DNA from: an uncultured Hyperthermus sp.
GTDB lineage: Archaea > Thermoproteota > Thermoprotei_A > Sulfolobales > Pyrodictiaceae
Reading direction: 5' to 3'
Assembly (NCBI GenBank): GCA_964542985.1
Contig: CAZIWH010000002.1
Location: 3,674 to 67,673, forward strand
Length of the DNA: 64,000 nt
In this document: positions 54,458 to 63,153 of the stretch, one piece after another
Layout of the letters: every line of letters begins with the position of its first letter
How positions within the stretch are numbered: position 1 is the first letter of the stretch
Position numbers and translations under genes: made by a program
The notes under the pieces: generated by a model
The model's input: only the letters and a program-made list of their open reading frames with translations
Told to the model about the DNA's origin: nothing
Databases searched by the model: none

Positions 54458-55816
54458 GTGGCTGCCATAGAAGAGATAAGGCCCGTCAAGAAGTTAAAGA
54501 GGGTGAGTGCACATAGCCACATAAGGGGGCTAGGCCTCGACGAGAAGGGCCACGCGAAGTTCATAGGAGACGGGCTAGTCGGCCAAGTGGAAGCCAGAGA
54601 GGCTGCGGGCATAGTGGTACAGATGGTCAAGGAGGGCAAGATGGCTGGCCGCGGCGTACTCCTAGTGGGCCCGAGCGGGACAGGAAAGACGGCGATAGCA
54701 GTAGGTATTGCGAGAGAGCTGGGCGAGGACACGCCCTTCTATGCGATGAGTGGAGCCGAGATATACAGCACTGAGTTGAAGAAGACCGAGCTCCTCACTC
54801 AAGCACTGAGGAAGGCCATAGGCGTGAGGTTCCGCGAAAAGAGGCTAGTATACGAGGGCGTAGTCAAGAAGATAAGGATAGGCTTCGTGAGGCACCCACT
54901 CAACCCCTACCTAAAGCTACCCAGGGAAGCCGAGCTAGTGCTCGAGACTACCGACGACGAGATGAAGCTACGTGTAGGTGAGGAAATAGCGGTGCAGCTC
55001 ATGAACCTCCGTGTCCGCCGCGGTGACGTAATATGGATAGACGCTAAGACGGGCGAAGTATACAAGGTTGGCCGCGTATGTCGCGACAAGGAGCACTACG
55101 ACATAACGGTGTCGAGGTGCGTTAAGACTCCCGAGGGCCCAGTGAAGAAGGAGAAAGAGATAGTGTACACTCTGCGCCTGCACGACCTAGACGTGAGCTA
55201 TGCGGCGCAGCAGGCTAGCGTGTTCACGCTCTTCGGGCTACCCGTCTCCAGGGAGATACCGGCTGAGATAAGGCAGCGCGTGGACGCTGAGGTGAAGAAG
55301 CTGATAGAGAGCGGCAGAGCCGAGCTTGTGCCCGGCGTACTGTTCATAGATGATGCACACATGTTGGACATAGAGGCGTTCAGCTTCCTGACCAGGGCGC
55401 TAGAGGAGAGCGAACTGGTCCCGATACTGATACTCGCGACGAACAGGGGTATAACCAAGATAAGGGGTACTGACATCGAGTCGCCTCATGGCATGCCGCT
55501 GGATCTCATAGATAGGTTGCTGATAATAAGGACAAGGCCCTACAAGCCCGAGGAGATAAAGGAGATACTGCGCATAAGGGCTGATGAAGAGGACATACCG
55601 CTTAGCGAGGAAGCACTTGACGAGCTGACACGTATAGGTGCTGAGAAGAGCCTTCGCTACGCGATACAACTGATGGAGCCTGCGAGGATACTCGCCGAGC
55701 GCGAGGGCAGGACGAAGGTGCTGGCCGAGGACGTGAAGCGTGCTATGAAGTACTTCGTAGACGTCAAGGAGAGCGTCAAATACGTCCAGGAGCTGGAGGA
55801 GAAGTTCCTCAAGTAA
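54458..55816 (+). CDS. RuvB-like AAA+ ATPase (TIP49/Pontin-Reptin homologue)
   Basis: …[14 protein letters not shown]…[25 protein letters not shown]…, an inserted OB-like domain II and …[11 protein letters not shown]… (Walker B). GTG start. Confidence 0.9.
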   Translation: MAAIEEIRPVKKLKRVSAHSHIRGLGLDEKGHAKFIGDGLVGQVEAREAAGIVVQMVKEGKMAGRGVLLVGPSGTGKTAIAVGIARELGEDTPFYAMSGAEIYSTELKKTELLTQALRKAIGVRFREKRLVYEGVVKKIRIGFVRHPLNPYLKLPREAELVLETTDDEMKLRVGEEIAVQLMNLRVRRGDVIWIDAKTGEVYKVGRVCRDKEHYDITVSRCVKTPEGPVKKEKEIVYTLRLHDLDVSYAAQQASVFTLFGLPVSREIPAEIRQRVDAEVKKLIESGRAELVPGVLFIDDAHMLDIEAFSFLTRALEESELVPILILATNRGITKIRGTDIESPHGMPLDLIDRLLIIRTRPYKPEEIKEILRIRADEEDIPLSEEALDELTRIGAEKSLRYAIQLMEPARILAEREGRTKVLAEDVKRAMKYFVDVKESVKYVQELEEKFLK

Positions 55817-55856
55817 CCCCTCCTTTCACGTACATTTCTCTCCGCGGGGCGTAACT

Positions 55857-56639
55857 GTGGACGAGGCTCAGAGGCGCGTTGAGAGCATAGTGCGTGGACT
55901 AATCACCCTCTCCTCTCGGCTACCCTCCAGGGACATCGAGAGAATAGTCGAGAGCATAGCCTCGGAGGAGCATCTGGATCTAGCGGTAGCCTACTCCGCG
56001 GCAGCCTCCCGGCTCGCTTCAAGGTGGCTGCGCTGGGAGTGGCTCTGTAAGGAGCGGGGAGTTGAGGAGACCTGCAGCGAGGTTGAGGAAGAGGTATCGC
56101 GGCACGGCGAAGGCCTCGGCGTGGTCACCTACTTCAACGTTGAGTTCAAGTCGATTATAGTCAGGATGTACCGTGACCTCTCTCCGGGCGTCGCCGTTCC
56201 TCGCTGGGTGCTGATGTACGCTGTTAGGCTCGAGATACCGCTTGTGACCATCCTTGGAGGCCTCTCTAGGGCCGAGCAGGCGGCAAGGCTGCCGGCCTTC
56301 GCCTCAGCGCTGCTCTACCTGGACGCGGTAGCTCGTGGGCTCTACGACTTCTATAACGAGAGGGGAGCGCAGGTAGCCTCCGCCACGGCGGCCTACCTCT
56401 ACTGGGAGGTTCTGCGCCCGTGCACAGTCTTCGCGGACGCGGCGGCCAGGGTTCTAGCCGCGCACAGAGCCTACGAGGTGTGGAGGAGGGTCAGGGAGGA
56501 GACGCGTGAGCGCGGCGAGCCGCCACCGCCTAGGAGGTCTATTGAGGAGGCCTGCAGTATATTCTCCAGGGAGTTGCTGCGGCAGCTGAGCGAGAGAAGG
56601 CGCAGGAGTGAAGCAGCCGGGGGAGAGGGGCCCAGCTAA
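55857..56639 (+). CDS. Hypothetical protein downstream of the TIP49 homologue
   Basis: 260-aa ORF starting 40 nt after the TIP49 stop, with no motif recognised. Confidence 0.3.
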   Translation: MDEAQRRVESIVRGLITLSSRLPSRDIERIVESIASEEHLDLAVAYSAAASRLASRWLRWEWLCKERGVEETCSEVEEEVSRHGEGLGVVTYFNVEFKSIIVRMYRDLSPGVAVPRWVLMYAVRLEIPLVTILGGLSRAEQAARLPAFASALLYLDAVARGLYDFYNERGAQVASATAAYLYWEVLRPCTVFADAAARVLAAHRAYEVWRRVREETRERGEPPPPRRSIEEACSIFSRELLRQLSERRRRSEAAGGEGPS

Positions 56640-56683
56640 AAACTCGGCATGGGGCTCTCTCGGTCGCAGGTACGGCCGGCACC

Positions 56684-57010
56684 TTAGAAGCCGAAGAGGC
56701 TCTCGAGGCCGGCGGCGAGTTCTTCCTCGCTGACCTCCTCTTTCTTCTCCTCCTTCTCCTCTTCCTCTTCTTTCTTCTCCTCGGCAGCGGGCTGTGCGGC
56801 GGCTGCGGGCACAGCGGCAGGCGCTACGGGCATAGCGGTAGCAGATTTTATCACCTCGTCTATGTTGATGTTCTTTAGGGCAGCGACCACGGCCTTTATA
56901 CGGGCCTCGTCAACTTCTATGCCCGCGGCTTCGAGAACCTTCTTGAGCGCCTCCTCGGTTATCTCCTTGCCGGCCGCATGGAGCATGAGGCTCGCATATA
57001 TGTACTCCAT
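56684..57010 (-). CDS. rpl12: 50S ribosomal stalk protein P1 (L12e)
   Basis: [45 protein letters not shown]…, an Ala/Pro hinge, an acidic EEKKEEEEE run and …GLESLFGF. Confidence 0.95.
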   Translation of the reverse strand: MEYIYASLMLHAAGKEITEEALKKVLEAAGIEVDEARIKAVVAALKNINIDEVIKSATAMPVAPAAVPAAAAQPAAEEKKEEEEEKEEKKEEVSEEELAAGLESLFGF

Positions 57011-57082
57011 CCTTCTGCCCCTCCGTGCTCCCCGATGCGCGTTCTAAACGCCCAGGCAGCGCACCCCGGTGCCCGGGCTTCT

Positions 57083-58042
57083 TTATTTTTCCGCCCTCCC
57101 GCGACGCAGCACCAGGCCAACGGGCTCTGCTAAGCTGCCTGCATAGCCAACGGGCATAGCTTCAGTGTTCATCGCTGCAGCGGCTTCGCCGCTGACGGAC
57201 AGCACCACGAGCCCCAGCGTGTCGGCGCCGTAGAGCCTCGTATGCCTAGCCACCGCGGCTGCAGCGGCCTCAGCCACTGGCACATCTTTCCTCATCAAGT
57301 CTAAGGCGTAGAGGCATGGACGGCCGAGGATAATCGTCTCACCTATCCCCGTGGCCGCGCAGGCACCAACCCCGGGCTCCACGTAGAAGCCGCAGCCAGG
57401 TATCGGGGAGTCCCCTACCCTCCCGGGGTGCTTCATCGCGGTACCGCCGGTGCTCGTGCCAGCTGCAAGCTTCCCGGAGACCAGTACGGCTGCGCCCACA
57501 GTGTCGCCGAAGTAGAGGCGTGCAATGCTCAGTATCCGCTCCGGCAGCGCCTCGTCCCCCGTCCTTATCCGCTCCATGAGCCTCTCCCAGAGCCTTAGCG
57601 CGCGCTCGCTGGGCCCTGGGTGCCGGGGGAGCCCCAGCTTCTCGGCGAGCCTGTCCGCAGCCGGCCCAGCTATTATCACGTGGGGGGTGTTGACCGCCAC
57701 CCAGTAGGCGAGCCTCACGGGGTTCCGAGGGTAGGTCACAACGGCTATGCCGCCGGCGCGACTTGAGTCCATGACCCCAGCATCCATCTCGACCCTCTTG
57801 TCTATCGTCAACACACTCCCCACGCCGGCGTTAAGGACGCCACTATCCTCGAGCGCCGCAATGGCCTCCACAACCGCTTCAAGCGCCCCCCTCTCCGCTG
57901 TGGCGAGCCCAGCCTCGGCCCCCTTCTTGACGGCGGCGGAGACCTCCCCGAAGCTGGATACGCCCCTCCAGCCGCCGGCGCCGCCATGGACTATAACAGC
58001 AGGGTCTCCGAGCTTGAGGGGGCCTAGGACCGTTACAGCCAT
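57083..58042 (-). CDS. Ntn-hydrolase isoaspartyl peptidase / plant-type L-asparaginase
   Basis: …IVHGGAGG… and …GDTVGAAVL… (autoprocessing Thr) followed by …GTSTGG…. Confidence 0.85.
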   Translation of the reverse strand: MAVTVLGPLKLGDPAVIVHGGAGGWRGVSSFGEVSAAVKKGAEAGLATAERGALEAVVEAIAALEDSGVLNAGVGSVLTIDKRVEMDAGVMDSSRAGGIAVVTYPRNPVRLAYWVAVNTPHVIIAGPAADRLAEKLGLPRHPGPSERALRLWERLMERIRTGDEALPERILSIARLYFGDTVGAAVLVSGKLAAGTSTGGTAMKHPGRVGDSPIPGCGFYVEPGVGACAATGIGETIILGRPCLYALDLMRKDVPVAEAAAAAVARHTRLYGADTLGLVVLSVSGEAAAAMNTEAMPVGYAGSLAEPVGLVLRRGRAEK

Positions 58043-58758
58043 GTACGTTCCCTCCGGGCCTTCTCCCTCTCCTCCTCAGCCTCTCTTCTCACAGCCTCGA
58101 CTATCCTCCTCCTCTCCTCCTCCGGTAGGGGTTCATACCACCTCTCAACGGCTATCCTCTCGCCCCGCAGGATCCGTGCGAAGAGCACGACGTTGCGGCC
58201 AACGTTGTAAGCGTCATCGACAGCCTGGGGGCTCGTAAGGGGGTCCTCTCCATGGTAGTATGCTGTGCCCCAGGCGGGCACGTGGAATCCCATCATGTTG
58301 AGTGTGAGCGCCATCCAGGCTAACGCCATTGCGCCGCCGGCCTCCTCGCCTGAAGCTATCATTCCGGCAACCTTGCCGTCGAGGAGGCTGTAGCCAACAT
58401 GGTAAACCATGTTCTCCAGCGCGGTTAGTCTATCAAACATGTTCTTGAGCTGGCCGGAGGCCATGAACCAGTAGACCGGAGTGGCTATAACCACAGCGTC
58501 GGCCTCGAGGAAGGCCTGGGCTATCTCATGGAACCGGTCCCCGGTGCCTTCATATATGGGACACTTCTTCGGGTAATGGCACTCTAGCTTGTTGTCAGAG
58601 TAGCAGCCTCTGCACGGCTCTATATGGTAGTCGTAGAGGTGAATGAGCCGGGTCTCGGCTCCGGTCTCCTCGGCAGCAATCATAGCCGCCTTGAGGAGCT
58701 TGAAAGTGTTTCCATAGCGGCGCGCGGAGCCATTCACGCCCAGAACCCTGACCGGCAT
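58033..58758 (-). CDS. Flavodoxin-fold NADPH-dependent FMN reductase / iron-sulfur flavoprotein-like protein
   Basis: VLGVNGSARRYGNT (FMN loop) and a Cys cluster CRGCYSDNKLECHYPKKC. Start at ATG 58758 (MPVRVLGV…). Confidence 0.7.
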   Translation of the reverse strand: MPVRVLGVNGSARRYGNTFKLLKAAMIAAEETGAETRLIHLYDYHIEPCRGCYSDNKLECHYPKKCPIYEGTGDRFHEIAQAFLEADAVVIATPVYWFMASGQLKNMFDRLTALENMVYHVGYSLLDGKVAGMIASGEEAGGAMALAWMALTLNMMGFHVPAWGTAYYHGEDPLTSPQAVDDAYNVGRNVVLFARILRGERIAVERWYEPLPEEERRRIVEAVRREAEEEREKARRERTWL

Positions 58759-58860
58759 ACCAGCGCACCCTGGAACCGGCGGCGGCAAGGTGGCCTCGGG
58801 CTTTTCAGGCTTCGGTGGAGACGGCAGCATGTCGGGTGGCTGGCTTTAGCCCCGGTCTAC

Positions 58861-59505
58861 GTGGCGCTAGAGGGTATAGATGGTAGCGGTACAACGACGC
58901 ATGCGCGGCTTCTTGTTGAAGGGCTACGCAGGACGGGGCTGCGTGTCGTCCTAGTCGAGGAGCCGAGCAGGGGCCCCATAGGCCAGCTCATAAGGAGGTT
59001 CATGCGTGGGGAAGAGGTCTTTGACCAGAAGGTGCTCGCACTCCTCTTTGCGGCGGATAGGCTGCTGCTCCATCGTGGCGTCCCTGTTGCGGATGTAGTG
59101 GTGGGCGATAGGAGCTGGGTCTCGAGCCTCGTCTACCAGAGCCTCGACCTTTTCCCCGACGCGGCGCCCCTTGACTGGGTCTACACGGTAAACCGCTATG
59201 CTCCCCGCCCGGACCTGCTGGTGTTCCTCGATGTTGACCCTGTGGTGGCGTACAAGAGGCTCTTGGCTAGGAGGGGCCGCGAGGTGCCGGAGACCAAGCT
59301 AAGCTATCTCCGCGGCCTTGCCCGTCGCTACCGCGAGGTCGTAGAGGCGCTAGAGGACGTGCTCACCGTCTTCCGCGTACCAGTGGCGGAGCCCGAGCCG
59401 CCAGTGGAAGCCGTGGCGAAGAGCATTCTCGCCGCAGTCCTGGCCGTGGTAGCCTATAAGCGGGGCCGCTCCGGCCTCGTGGCTGAGGGGGCAAGCTCTT
59501 CCTAA
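58861..59505 (+). CDS. tmk: Thymidylate kinase homologue with an atypical P-loop (GSGTTT, no Lys)
   Basis: VALEGIDGSGTTTHARLL, LFAADR and GDRSWVSSLVYQ (DRY-type motif), plus a LID-like ARRGREVPE. The GTG at 58861 is the only in-frame start before the P-loop that does not overlap the divergent gene. Confidence 0.7.
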   Translation: MALEGIDGSGTTTHARLLVEGLRRTGLRVVLVEEPSRGPIGQLIRRFMRGEEVFDQKVLALLFAADRLLLHRGVPVADVVVGDRSWVSSLVYQSLDLFPDAAPLDWVYTVNRYAPRPDLLVFLDVDPVVAYKRLLARRGREVPETKLSYLRGLARRYREVVEALEDVLTVFRVPVAEPEPPVEAVAKSILAAVLAVVAYKRGRSGLVAEGASSS

Positions 59506-59539
59506 AGGCTGGCGTCCGTCTCCCCGGGGGTGCAGCGTA

Positions 59540-59812
59540 TTGCCTGGACGAGGGCCGCCCTGGAGGCGCTACTACCGCGGCGTACTTACGCTCGACGAGT
59601 TGCCACCTGGTGTCAAGGCTAGGGTTGTCAGAATAGAGGCCGGGACCAGGGCTATGAGAAGGCTCGTCGAGATGGGTCTAACCCCTGGCACCCAAGTCGA
59701 GGTTGTAATGGATTATGGGGGCCCCATCTTGGTGCGCGTACGCGGATCGGTCATAGCGATAGGTCGTGGCATGGCTAGGAGAGTCGTTGTTGAGCCGGTT
59801 GAGCAGGGCTAG
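59540..59812 (+). CDS. feoA: FeoA-domain protein (SH3-like), no adjacent feoB
   Basis: …LDELPPGVKARVVRIEAGTRAMRRLVEMGLTPGTQVEVV…GPILVRVRGSVIAIGRGMA…. Confidence 0.8.
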   Translation: MPGRGPPWRRYYRGVLTLDELPPGVKARVVRIEAGTRAMRRLVEMGLTPGTQVEVVMDYGGPILVRVRGSVIAIGRGMARRVVVEPVEQG

Positions 59813-61215
59813 AGCCGCCGCAGCACGGCCGCGAAGCCCCCCGTGGATCTGGAGATGTGTGGATAGAACCTCTGGCTCCCAGGCACGCCTCCTGGAACTC
59901 CCACCCGTGGCCCGGCCTCCACGGGCTCGAGGATCTCCTCCTCCACAAGCTTCCTGACAACATCCTCGTTCTCTTGAAGCGTCAGTGTACATGTCGTGTA
60001 CAGCACGTGGCCTCCTCGCTTCACGAGCGTGGCTGCTGTACGCAGCCCTTTCTCCTGTAGCGTCACCGTTCTCTTCAGCAGAAGCCTGCCAACCCTCTCC
60101 AGGAACAGCCTGGTCTCCGGGCTGTGTGCTAGCCTTCCAAGGCTTGTGCAGTCGGGGTCAACTATGGCCGCGTCGAATCCTCCGCGGAGCGGCGGCCTGG
60201 CTGCATCGCCTGCGGCATAGAGCATGTGGCCGTCTACGCTTTGGCTCCCGTGTAGCTTCTTCTCTGTGACGAGCCTGCGCCACGAGATGTCAAGCGTGAA
60301 CGCCTCTACGGGAAGCCTCCAAGCCAGGTGGGCTACCTTGTTGCCAGGCGCGCTGAAGAGATCTACAACCCTCACGCCGGGCGCCAGGAACGATGAAAGC
60401 ATATGCACTGCGGTGGCGGGGGCGCGGTCCTCTATGTAGAAGAGCCTGGGGCTTAGCCGTTCGGGGGCCCCGGGCTCAACGGAGACTGCCTCAACCATGT
60501 CGTCCAGCAGCGGGTCATGTCTAGCCTCTATGCCGGCCTCCTTGAGCCTCCTCAGAGCCTCTTTGGGACCGAGCAGCCTCCTATTGTAGCGTATCCATAG
60601 AGGCGCCGGCTCCTGGAGGCTTGCTAGCAGCTTCTCAACCCCGCCGGGGGGGTTGAGCCTAGCAAGCTCCTCCACAACCCACCTTGGGAGACTGTAGAGT
60701 AGGGCCAGCCTCCTCGCCTCGTCCTTAACTCCTCGGACAACGTCCTCGGGGCTCATGCGCCGTATGCAGGTGAGGAGCTGCTCCGGGAGGCCGGTCTTCT
60801 CCGATATCCTGCTGAGGCTAAGGGAGGGGCGGAACATAGCCTCATAGGCCGCTATTACTGGTAGCCAGCCGTGGGGGCTACGCCTTGTACTCCCCTTGTG
60901 GCCGCAGAGCCTCAGGGCACGCTCAGCCAGCTTATAGTTGCGGAGAACGCCGAGGCAGAGAGCGTTGAGAAGACCACGGGGCACGGGAGGCTTCAGCTCC
61001 TCGATTACCTGTCTGAGGGACACAAGTTTACGCTCCACGCGGTGGAGTATGACTGCGCAGGCGTGCTCGGCTTCCCGCAGCTTCAGCTGTGTGCTGCCCA
61101 AAGCGCCTGCCCCGGGAAGGGTAGGGCCTATCCACCCCTCCCGGGCTACTGTAGGGTTCCTCTGGGGAGAAGGGTTGGTGACTGAGCAGGTCAAGCCAGA
61201 GGAGCTTAGCTTCAA
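59809..61215 (-). CDS. NOL1/NOP2/Sun family RNA m5C methyltransferase (second paralogue, NusB-like N-domain)
   Basis: DLFSAPGNKV, DPDCTSLG and YTTCT motifs. An alternative TTG start at 61101 would remove the overlap with the divergent AMMECR1 gene. Confidence 0.8.
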   Translation of the reverse strand: MKLSSSGLTCSVTNPSPQRNPTVAREGWIGPTLPGAGALGSTQLKLREAEHACAVILHRVERKLVSLRQVIEELKPPVPRGLLNALCLGVLRNYKLAERALRLCGHKGSTRRSPHGWLPVIAAYEAMFRPSLSLSRISEKTGLPEQLLTCIRRMSPEDVVRGVKDEARRLALLYSLPRWVVEELARLNPPGGVEKLLASLQEPAPLWIRYNRRLLGPKEALRRLKEAGIEARHDPLLDDMVEAVSVEPGAPERLSPRLFYIEDRAPATAVHMLSSFLAPGVRVVDLFSAPGNKVAHLAWRLPVEAFTLDISWRRLVTEKKLHGSQSVDGHMLYAAGDAARPPLRGGFDAAIVDPDCTSLGRLAHSPETRLFLERVGRLLLKRTVTLQEKGLRTAATLVKRGGHVLYTTCTLTLQENEDVVRKLVEEEILEPVEAGPRVGVPGGVPGSQRFYPHISRSTGGFAAVLRRL

Positions 61216-61852
61216 GGAGGGTGCCTACCTGGTAAGGCTAGCGAGGCGCAGCGTTGAGTATTACTTTGAGCATAATCGGCTGATGCCGGTGCCGGAGGAT
61301 GTGCCACCAAGGCTACTCCGTCCAGGAGCAGCTTTCGTTACGATAATGACATACTATGGGTATGATAAGAGGGAGCTCCGTGGCTGCATAGGCCATGTTG
61401 TTGCCGTGAAGAGGCTCGTGGAGTCCGTTATAGAAGTTGCCGTTGAGGCAGCCTTCCGTGACCCTAGGTTCCCGCCAATGAAGAGGAGCGAGCTTCCTCG
61501 CGTAACGTTCGAGGTCACTGTCTTGGGGCCGCTTGAGCCTCTGCCGCCTAGCCCGGGAAAGAGAGTTAAGGCGTTCAGCATAGGTAGGCACGGGCTTGTT
61601 GCTAAGAGGGGGTTCATGCAGGGCCTCCTCCTCCCCGACGTGCCCATAGAGTATCTGTGGGACGAGGAGACTTTCCTGGCTGAGACCTGCGTCAAGGCGG
61701 GAATGGAGCCGGGGTGTTGGCTCGACCCCGAAACGGAGTTCTACCGCTACAGTGGGAGGGCATGGAGAGAAATCAAGCCAATGGGAGATATAGAGGAGCG
61801 CGACCCTAGGAGGGAATATGAGGAGACGCTGAAACGGTTGCTGTTCAGCTAG
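61178..61852 (+). CDS. AMMECR1 domain protein
   Basis: …GAAFVTI…LRGCIGH…AFRDPRFPP…EVTVL…GLLLPDV… Start at TTG 61175 or GTG 61178. The track ORF from 60938 is an antisense extension. Confidence 0.85.
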   Translation: MTEQVKPEELSFKEGAYLVRLARRSVEYYFEHNRLMPVPEDVPPRLLRPGAAFVTIMTYYGYDKRELRGCIGHVVAVKRLVESVIEVAVEAAFRDPRFPPMKRSELPRVTFEVTVLGPLEPLPPSPGKRVKAFSIGRHGLVAKRGFMQGLLLPDVPIEYLWDEETFLAETCVKAGMEPGCWLDPETEFYRYSGRAWREIKPMGDIEERDPRREYEETLKRLLFS

Positions 61853-61854
61853 AC

Positions 61855-62634
61855 CTAGCTGCCCTCCTTGACAGCTTCCGTCTTTTCGCTCTCTTTTACC
61901 TCTGTATTACTTTCCTGCTTGGCCTCCTCGCTGGATTTTGCCAGCCCCACTTTCTCGACAAACTCGAGGCTCCGAACCTCGTTAGGCATGTACTTCTGTA
62001 TCTCTGCGACTACGATCCTTTTAGCTGTCTGCATATCCTGCACAAGTAGCGCCTTCTCGTTGAGCACATACCTCGCGTGCCTCTTTTCTACATCATACTC
62101 TACTTTCACGTCATCCTCCTTTATGAAGGGCGGTAGGCGGCGAAGGAAGAGGTGGAGTAGCTTTTCCTCGGGGCTCTTCAGAACCTTGACTACTCTGACG
62201 TGGGCTACTATCACCTTGCCTGCTAGGGGGTGGTTAAAGTCTACTATGACTCTGCCGCCGCTCACGCTCCTTATTATTGCTAGCTTGCCGTTTATCTCTA
62301 CTACCTTCCCTGGTTGAGGCGCTATGCCAGCCCTTATGAACTGGGAGCGTGGGATTATCTTAATGTTCTCAGGGCTTCTCTTACCAAAAGCCTTCTCGGG
62401 CGGTATCTCTATCTCTGTCTCCTTTCCTTCGTCGAGGGATGCTATTGCCTCCTCGAGGCCTTCTATGAGTCTATGTTCTCCCACGATGACAAGTCTTGGG
62501 CCATACCTCTCCCTGGCGTCGTAGGTCCCCGTCTTCTTCGCCTCATCTTCACTGGTTGTATCTATTACTTCGCCGGTCTCCTTGACCTTGAGTGTGTACT
62601 CTACTAGCACGAAGTCGCCCTCACCGAGGGGCAT
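61855..62634 (-). CDS. Long-form archaeal FKBP-type peptidyl-prolyl isomerase (FKBP + IF insert + C-terminal domain)
   Basis: …GDFVLVEYTLKV…GPRLVIVGEHRLIEGLEEAI…GKETEIEIPPEKAFGKR…NHPLAGK…. Confidence 0.9.
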   Translation of the reverse strand: MPLGEGDFVLVEYTLKVKETGEVIDTTSEDEAKKTGTYDARERYGPRLVIVGEHRLIEGLEEAIASLDEGKETEIEIPPEKAFGKRSPENIKIIPRSQFIRAGIAPQPGKVVEINGKLAIIRSVSGGRVIVDFNHPLAGKVIVAHVRVVKVLKSPEEKLLHLFLRRLPPFIKEDDVKVEYDVEKRHARYVLNEKALLVQDMQTAKRIVVAEIQKYMPNEVRSLEFVEKVGLAKSSEEAKQESNTEVKESEKTEAVKEGS

Positions 62635-62637
62635 CTC

Positions 62638-63153
62638 CTACACCCCGCTCCTCAAGTACCAGCCCGCGTCAAGTACGTTGAGGATTATAAGCTCACCATT
62701 TCTTCGTCTGGGCCGTCCGTAGCCCAGGGGCAGTCCATCCGGGTCCAACACTATGAGGGGGAGTCTGCAGCCCTGCTTGATGCTGACCCGGACAATGGAT
62801 CCCGGCAACACATCGCGGCCGTAGAGGAAGAACACTGCCCCCCTCCACGTGATCATAGCGTAATGAGTCCCCGGTTGCATGTCTTCGCGGGAGAGGAGTG
62901 AGAGCAGACCGAGAGACGGCTGAAGCACCCTGCCCCTGGCCACGGCGATGTGCACACCAGCTGTATAGGGATGTGTCTTCCAGAGTTCCTCTATGAGGCT
63001 CCTTCGGGCAGCGTAGACGCTACCCCCTTTGCAGAGGAGTGCACGGTCGCGGAGTAGCTTCCCGGCGTCCAGCTGGTAGCAGTTCTCCAGCATTCTCTCC
63101 ATCTCCTCTACTAGATCCTTCTTGCAAAGAGTTATGGCTTCCTCAGCCGGCAT
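62638..63153 (-). CDS. nip7: Nip7 homologue (UPF0113, PUA-domain ribosome-biogenesis factor)
   Basis: …SVYAARRSLIEELWKTHPYTAGVHIA…, …AVFFLYGRDV… and …PLIVLDPDGLPLGYG…LNVLDAGWYLRSG parallel archaeal Nip7. It overlaps the upstream Nop2-like gene by 22 nt. Confidence 0.7.
   Translation of the reverse strand: MPAEEAITLCKKDLVEEMERMLENCYQLDAGKLLRDRALLCKGGSVYAARRSLIEELWKTHPYTAGVHIAVARGRVLQPSLGLLSLLSREDMQPGTHYAMITWRGAVFFLYGRDVLPGSIVRVSIKQGCRLPLIVLDPDGLPLGYGRPRRRNGELIILNVLDAGWYLRSGV

Noticed and set aside
56720-56800. Tandem GAA/GAG repeats as a possible microsatellite or repeat element, seen here and at 19108-19131.
   Set aside because: These encode the acidic tails of stalk protein P1 and of S24e. 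It is ordinary low-complexity coding sequence.
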